A stretch of DNA of 63,367 nucleotides, the filler included, from Collodictyon triciliatum (taxonomy: Eukaryota): assembly GCA_043381765.1 (NCBI GenBank). It is 7 parts of 7 records of this genome, joined end to end, with 100 filler letters (N's around TTAATTAATTAA, not from the genome) between each part and the next. Parts side by side here need not be neighbours in the genome. Positions count along the whole stretch, not along the records: positions 56,263 to 62,205 come from JBHJMP010002833.1; positions 62,306 to 63,367 come from JBHJMP010003013.1; 5 more parts are not named here. One strand, given 5' to 3'. Shown here in pieces: positions 56,468 through 63,367 of the stretch. Numbering within the stretch: position 1 is the stretch's first letter; every line of letters begins with the position of its first letter. The translations under genes were made by a program, and so were the position numbers. Under the pieces are notes generated by a model. The model made no database searches. It was not told the DNA's origin and was given only the letters and a program-made list of their open reading frames with translations.

Positions 56468-59400
56468 ATGGGCTATTGCGCTATTGTATCACTAAATCTG
56501 GGTGACAATTACCTCTCTGGACAATTTGAGTCCATAGAGCCTTATTTATGGCAGTTTCCCTTTCTGATGTATTTAATTCTTAGTGATAATCAATTGCATG
56601 GTACAATTGGATCATTTAATCAAATGTACCTTCAGATGATTGCACTAAATGGAAATCGTTTGTCTGGAACCTTGCCCAATATGATACTGCCCAGTTTGAA
56701 GACGTTTGCTATTCATGAGAACATGTTTACTGGGCCACTTCCTGAATTTTCATCATCACCGCAAGTGAATACAATTAGCGCTTACAGCAATATCTTCCAT
56801 GGTCAAATACCAGAATACAACTTGCCTAGATTAAGTGTCCTTGCTTTGCATGACAACCGCCTGAGTGGGACCCTTCCCACATTTCAGAATAGTCCGTACT
56901 TAGTCATCTTTAGCACTCAAGAGAATATGATACATGGAATCGTACCAAATTACTCTCTTCCTTTTCTAAATACTCTGTCAATCTTTCAGAATGAAATTTA
57001 TGGTGATATTCCAAAGCTAGTATGTCCTTCTCTGGTTAATCTTGCCATGCACAATAATAAGATGTATGGCACAATCCCGTCTTTTTCTTTTAATCCGAAT
57101 TTAGATGTAGTGTCATTATCGGGCAATCAGTTGACTGGAACAATCCCATCTTATTACCTCCCTAAATTGACGACCTTGTCATTGGGTGGTAATCGATTTT
57201 TTGGTTCCATTCCAGCAGCCGAACAACACCCGATGATAAAGGTTTTATCACTGACGAGCAATCAATTTCATGGAACTTTGCCAAATCTTGCAGACTCCCC
57301 TCTTATCACTGTCGTTGATGTTTCAAAAAATAATATATCAGGTACATTAGAAAAACAACTAGGGGGTGTGAACTTACATGCCTTTGTAGCAACATCGAAT
57401 CCACTGGAAGGAATGATACCCAACTTTATCGGAACGCCATACCTATCCATTCTTTTGCTCGAAAACAACCACATAAACGGGACGATACCAAGATTTACTA
57501 ATCTATCATTTCTTTCTCTCTTTATTACTGGTGGCAACAAGATTGAAGGGACTATACACTCGTTTTCAGAAAATCAATATCTTCAGACTTTGGGAATGTA
57601 TCAGGCAAATTTAACAGGAACATTACCAGCTTTTAATTCATCGGCCCTATTAGAAGTTTTGATTATTTATGAGACTCGTATCAGCGGTTGGCTACCTAAA
57701 TTTGAGTTGCCATCGCTGGAGAATATATACATTTTGCGAAATGATATGATCGGAACCATTCCAACATTCAAGCAATCGAAGAGAATTAAGGAAATATACC
57801 TTGTCTACTGCAACTTTAATGGTACCTTACCTGATTTTTTTAACATGCCTTCCTTGATTTCCTTGTTCATCACCCATACAAACATTTCGGGTACAATACC
57901 TAATTTTCGCAGTGTTCCAAACCTTCGTGAGCTAGTATTATCGGCTAGTCAATTTTCGGGCACAATCCCAAACTTTTCTCATCTGCCTTACTTGAGAACT
58001 TTAAAGATTTATCAAGCGATGATTTCGGGAACTATCCCAGATTTTGAATTAATCCCGGAACTTATGGTTTTGAGCCTCTACGAAACAAGAATTAATGGCA
58101 CCATTCCAGATTTTAAAAATTTACCGAAGCTGGCAACTCTCCAGATTCACCAGACCGACTTGACAGGACCACTCCCAGCTTTCAAAAACTGCATCAATCT
58201 TAGCTACGTCACTGCTTTTAAGAACAAATTGAATGAATCGATTCCCAATTGGACGCTTCCGAGCTTATATTATTTGGATGTCGGCCATAATATGCTGACT
58301 GGTATGGTCCCGTCATTTTTGGGAATTCCTAAGCTACAGAGCTTTATTATTCACCACAACCATATAGCTGGAGTCATACCTCAATCTGCATCAAATCTAT
58401 ACTATTTGCAAGAATTTATTGCTGGCCACAATAGTCTTAAGGGCTCCTTGCCGACGAAATTCCTGAATCTCCCTAATTTGCTTACCTTGGACTTGAGTCA
58501 TAACGATTTTGATAGCGTGATAAACTATTTCTTGGTTCCTGATTCGGATGCTGCGACATCTATATATTCCATATATTCCCTTAATTTTGAAAACAATAGG
58601 CTATCAGGGCCAATATCTTATTATATTCCTAGTGTGTTGATGAAAGCCAGGGAAGTTAATTTTGCAAATAACATGATAACCTCTTTGGATGACTTACCCT
58701 TTTTCGCCAGTTGGGAACGATTCAATTTATCTGGCAACCCCTTGACTGGTACCATTCCTGAAACGTATGCATCGTTGTCGAGTTTAGGTGTTCTTGATGT
58801 TACAAACACGCAGCTAAAATCTAATCGAAAGGAACAACCATTACCAAAATTTTTGTCCGTCTCGCTAGTGTTTGAAAGGAACGATGAGCTTCAGAACTAT
58901 TATTGCCCAAAGATTATTGGCATGCAGAACCCCAGCCTGAACGTATATATGGAATCGACTTATTATAATAATACGTTGTGCCAATGTCTTCCAAACTATT
59001 TTGGATCAGGGAACCGTTGCATTATTTGTGAATCTCCTTGCCAATGTTCTGGTGGTACGCACCTTAAATATTGCTATGACTCTACAAATGAAGGAATTCC
59101 TGTTGGGCTATACACATGCCCGTACAAATCTGCGTGTAACCCTGATGACAAGGAAAACTTTGAATGCAAGGCAGGTTATTCTGTAAGTGAACAAATCAAT
59201 ATGATTTTTTTAATACATTATCTGGTTTTAAGAAATAATTATGATTCTTGTTCGTCTCACGTTATGCATCTTTGATTTAATTTCTGGTTTAAATTAGGGC
59301 CGACTTTGTTCCCAGTGTGTATCAGGATACCAACAACAAGGAAGAAAGTGTGCAGAGTGTCCATATTATGCAACAGCTGTTGTTTTGACCCTTTTTCCTA

Positions 59401-61326
59401 TGGCTCTTATATTATTGATGTGGTATTTAATAACCACTCCACCAAAAAATACAGGTGATTTCACCCTCCCGTTAGCCAGAGAAAAGAAGCTGAATTTTTT
59501 TAAAAAATATGCATTCGTACATCTACTAATTTATTTTACATAAAACATAGGTGTCATCAAGATATTCCTTTTTCATTTGCAAACTCTTTCAATTTTGTCA
59601 TCAACTATTCTTGATCTGGGTACTGAAATGAATTCATTCGTCGATACAGCTTTTTTGTCAGCCAGTTTTATGCTCCCTGCATTGGTATATTATCAAAGGA
59701 ATGCAATCACCTCAACATTATTATATTATTTTTTATTGTTCCAAAGTTTTCTATGAAAGTAAAAAAAAAACTTCGTAATTCAGAACTGCATAGTGGGGGA
59801 TGTAACGACTAGAACAACAATACTCATCTACCTTCTTCGGTTTCCTGTTATATTGGTCTTGGGGGCAGTCATTTGGATAATTGTACCAGACAGAAATAAA
59901 AACAAGGTAACCTAGCTATCCAGCTGATATCTCAACAAGACAAGGTTTTTAAGAACGCTGAATTCCCTTCCTTGCCTTGTTTCCCTTTTATTCCCCCATG
60001 TCCCTTTTCTTTCCATTCTTCGCATCAGAGAAAATTGTCAAGTGAAATTAATCCTTTTTTTTATGTATTTATATGACCCATTTTACAATAGGTCATTTTC
60101 ATAATGTCCTTTTGCATCTACGCAATTTACTATGGAGTTAGCAGAGTTACCTTCAGTTCGATAGGTTGTACATTATACGACCAAGGAAATAAACACTGGT
60201 ATTTGAATATGTTTCCATGGATACGATGTAGACCATCGACAGGTGAGTTTGATGACATCGCTGCGATTGCATCCCTGTTTCTAATTTTTGTCGTCCTGGG
60301 CCTTCCTATATGGACATATTTTCATCTTGAGCGTCTATCTAAAAAATTCAATGAGGCGAACGTGGAGGATTGTTATGGTTTTCTCTACCTCCCCTACCGC
60401 AAGGTAAGACTTCGGGCTTAAGCTTTTCTATCTCGTTACTGGGGAGGATATTGTAAAAGGAAACACTCCAGGAATGCAATCTACCCAATTTTATTACCAC
60501 TGCTATTATATAAGTGTCTTAAAAAATATGTTTTGGTGACTAACCGGTCGGATAAATGAAATAGGAATGTTACAACTGGGAATGTGTTGTATTGCTGAGG
60601 AGATTGTTTTTCAGTATGGTGATTACCGTTGTTCCATATTCCCAGCCAACGCTGTTGTTCTTTTTGCTCTACATAATAATACAGGTTTTTTTTTACCATT
60701 GAGATTACTTTTTTTTTTTATCACCCCTCATTACAATAATGACCTTTAAATTTTTTAATCTTACTCTTGAATTTCTTGATGCTGCAAACATTACTCTTTT
60801 TTTCTGGAAAAAAAATATTAGCATACCCAGATTTCATACAAGTATTGAAGAGGAAATATACCCTTAACGTGTATCATACATGAAGCTTTATCTGATAAAC
60901 CCGTCCTCTTAGATATCGATATGGCTCCAACAAACCTACAAACCTTATGCCCTGGAGCGGGAGAATCGCCTTGAGATTGCAAGTCTATATGTGATTTACT
61001 TCTCCTTCTTTGCAGGGCTGTTATCGACGCTGTTGGATATCAGCCAGTGGTTAATCCTGCTTGTCTTGGTTTTTAACATCGTGGTTGCATCGTTTATAAG
61101 CATCGTGTTCATCATCGTCCCGGGAGCAAGAAGCTTCTGGGCCTCTCTCTCCAAGAATGTATCTCCAGTCCACAACTTCAACTCTATCCAAATGGAAGTG
61201 TTCTCAGGCGCTTCGAATTCTAAAGCCTCGTGGAGCAGTCCCCAAGAGGGTATCGAAGCGGGGAGTACGGTATGCACCCAAGAAGTACCTTCAAAGCCCC
61301 AATCAAAAGAGGGCCCCAGCAGCTGA
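56468..61326 (+). CDS. LRR-ectodomain receptor-like protein with Cys-rich stalk and ~9-TM domain; at least 7 exons, 5' end missing
   Basis: About 30 plant-RLK-type LRRs (LxxNxLxGTIP). Exons approximately 56468-59182, 59299-59454, 59551-59684, 59784-59906, 60092-60403, 60565-60683, 60913-61326. Motifs CKAGYS|GRLCSQCVSGY, FHLQTL, YLNMFPWIRC, YGFLYLPYRK|ECYNWECV, YKPY. Confidence 0.9.
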
Positions 61327-61496
61327 ATCTGCAATAGTCCACCCAGGTCATTCATAGGAGTATCACAAGCTTTCGTGCATACTCTCTGAGAGGAGTCACT
61401 NNNNNNNNNNNNNNNNNNNNNNNNNNNNNNNNNNNNNNNNNNNNNNNNNNNNNNNNNNNNNNNNNNNNNNNNNNNNNNNNNNNNNNNNNNNNNNNN

Positions 61497-61548
<52 letters not shown>

Positions 61549-61592
61549 CAGGAAACAAATCAAAAAATCAAAAAAGATGCACAAAATAACAG

Positions 61593-61998
61593 ATTGGCTC
61601 GATTGGATGACATAACACGATTGATGAAATCGATTTGTGGACCCTATAATAAATGCTCAGAAAAAAAATTAACAAAGTCTTTCGAGCTCGGGTATATTAC
61701 ATCCCTAGTAGTGCCTTATTATATGCGTATATGTTGCTGTTTGTTTTGTTTTTTGGTTTTTGGGGTTTTTGGGGTTTTTTTGGGTTTTTTTGGGTTTTTT
61801 TGGTTTTTTTGGTTTTTTGGTTTTTTGTAATATAGCCACACAGAATTGCGCATCGAAAAAAGTTTTTTGCATGAGTCCTTTCTATTAGTTAAGCTTTATG
61901 AAAAGACAGAAACTAAGGCTGGCTTTCCTTGCAGTAATTGGCTAGAGAGAGTTTTCGGAGGATTTCTTTGGCTCCGTCTTGATTCTCCTTCGGGTGTT
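61593..61998 (+). CDS. Two putative exons of an unidentified gene
   Basis: AG/GT-bounded open stretches LARLDDITRLMKSICGP... and HTELRIEKSFLHESFLLVKLY...WLERVFGGFLWLRLDSPSGV; no family recognised. Confidence 0.3.
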
Positions 61999-62305
61999 GT
62001 AAGTCTATTGTTCAGGAGGTAAAATTTAACATCAGAGTCATGTAGATTAGATAAATATCATACTATCAGTGTTCCAATAGTTGTTTGTGTTTTGTGAATT
62101 TTCTTTTTCTTTTTCTTTTTCTTTTTCTTTTTCTTTTTCTTTTTCTTTTTCTTTTTCTTTTTCTTTTTCTTTTTCTTTTTCTTTTTCTTTTTCTTTTTCT
62201 TCCTTNNNNNNNNNNNNNNNNNNNNNNNNNNNNNNNNNNNNNNNNNNNNTTAATTAATTAANNNNNNNNNNNNNNNNNNNNNNNNNNNNNNNNNNNNNNN
62301 NNNNN

Positions 62306-62373
<68 letters not shown>

Positions 62374-62529
62374 CTTTTTTTTCTTTTTTTCTTTATCTGC
62401 TTGTTCTTTTATTAAGTTTTGGTTCCGTCACGCTCCCGCTCCTCATAATCGAAAAGATGCACGAAAGACAGAGATAGTGAGACAAAAAAAAAAAAGAAAT
62501 AAGAAGGAATCAAAGAATATTATAGAAAG

Positions 62530-63367
62530 AAACATTCAAAGACGTTCTGTGTCAATCATTGATTCGTGCACACTTCCCTTCAACCTCATCCATATCGCAT
62601 CCACTCTGCGATACATGGGCCTCCACAAGAGTCAGTCTATCTCTCACATATATGTCCCCACTTCCCGTCTTCTTATCCTGCTTTAGCCTTCTCCTTTCTT
62701 TCTCCTCGCAAGGAGCAAATAAAGCCTTTCCATACAGATCCACAACTGGAGAGCTTCTTACCCTTCCTTATGTTCGGGGACGATCTGCACAACGCCGCTG
62801 GAAGAGAAGCTAACGAGGGGGAGAAAACCAAGACCAAAAAAAAAAAAAAGGAAAAGGAAAAGAGGGAAGGGGGAAGGGAGGTAGAAGGCCTGAAAATGAG
62901 ACCGAATGAAACACAACTGTAGAACACCCTGGAAAGGCATGAAGGGACATATGCTGCTGTTCTTGCAGAGTGCGCTCACTTTCTCTCACTCTAAGGAATC
63001 AGCCGAGTGAGACATCAAACACTCGTCGGCTGGAAACCCCCGCGCAACAGCAGCTTCTTTGAGTAGCTTCTCCGCGATGCTTCCGCACTCTTTGCCACTC
63101 CGACCGCCAGCGAATATGGACGAAGGGAATATGCGATCTACAATATCTTCCATTCTGCAGCTCCCTATTGGTGATATGAAGCATTAGAGAGCGGTGATTT
63201 GGAAGGACTTGCGGGGTTCGTGCTTATCTCCAGCTCGCGGTGAGCGGGGCGTGGGTGATGCCCAGGGTTTCTCCCCACCGTTGATGTTTTGACTTTTTGT
63301 AGGGTGTCGGCGGCGATATTTTGTATCGAAAGAATTTGGAGTAGGCCATAGCCATCGAGAACTGCAT
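62530..63367. mobile_element. Rearranged LINE remnant, same family as the 37-kb copy
   Basis: Plus 62530-62810 has LRYMGL..IHNWRASYPSL (post-RT). Plus 62900-63140 matches minus 37170-36960 at DNA level. Minus 63367-63160 reads MAMAYSKFFRYKISPPTPYK..WGETLGI..SWR*ARTPQVLPNH, against MAMAYSKLFRYKIISPNPYK..WAKTIGI at 37.5 kb. Confidence 0.85.

Noticed and set aside
55776-56468. Bidirectional promoter for the two TM receptors
   Set aside because: The interval contains a spacer, and 56468 follows a splice acceptor rather than being the true start.
61359-61386. 3' UTR hairpin GAGTATCAC...GTGCATACTC after the TGA as a SECIS or readthrough signal
   Set aside because: No SECIS core quartet geometry, and the adjacent gap prevents evaluation.

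Overview
Eukaryotic (protist-like) genomic DNA: AT-rich, many short GT-AG introns, standard genetic code, abundant microsatellites. The window is not one locus. It is seven pieces joined by artificial 100-bp spacers (44 N + TTAATTAATTAA + 44 N), so adjacency across spacers cannot be trusted. Housekeeping genes, mostly partial: a two-pore channel, a P5B ATPase, a DENN-domain Rab GEF, a ZC3H11-like CCCH protein, a La/LARP7-type xRRM protein and NAA50. Less usual: (i) a large multi-pass membrane protein with an internal R-SNARE motif split by an intron, followed by a Pro-rich linker and an NHR/SPRY-like domain, and possibly preceded by a DCD-like motif; (ii) immune/sensory-type genes, namely a DUF4062-NACHT-TPR STAND protein with one TPR per exon and a C-terminal CaaX box, an LRR-pseudokinase-SAM protein, a related LRR protein, and two ~9-TM receptors sharing a Cys-rich/TM module but carrying different ectodomains (WD40 vs LRR); (iii) scrambled L1/Tx1-type LINE remnants at 31-38 kb and 62.5-63.4 kb, including a 54-bp insertion with perfect 18-bp target-site duplications. 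Exon models and family calls were made by eye from motifs and have not been checked by database search.
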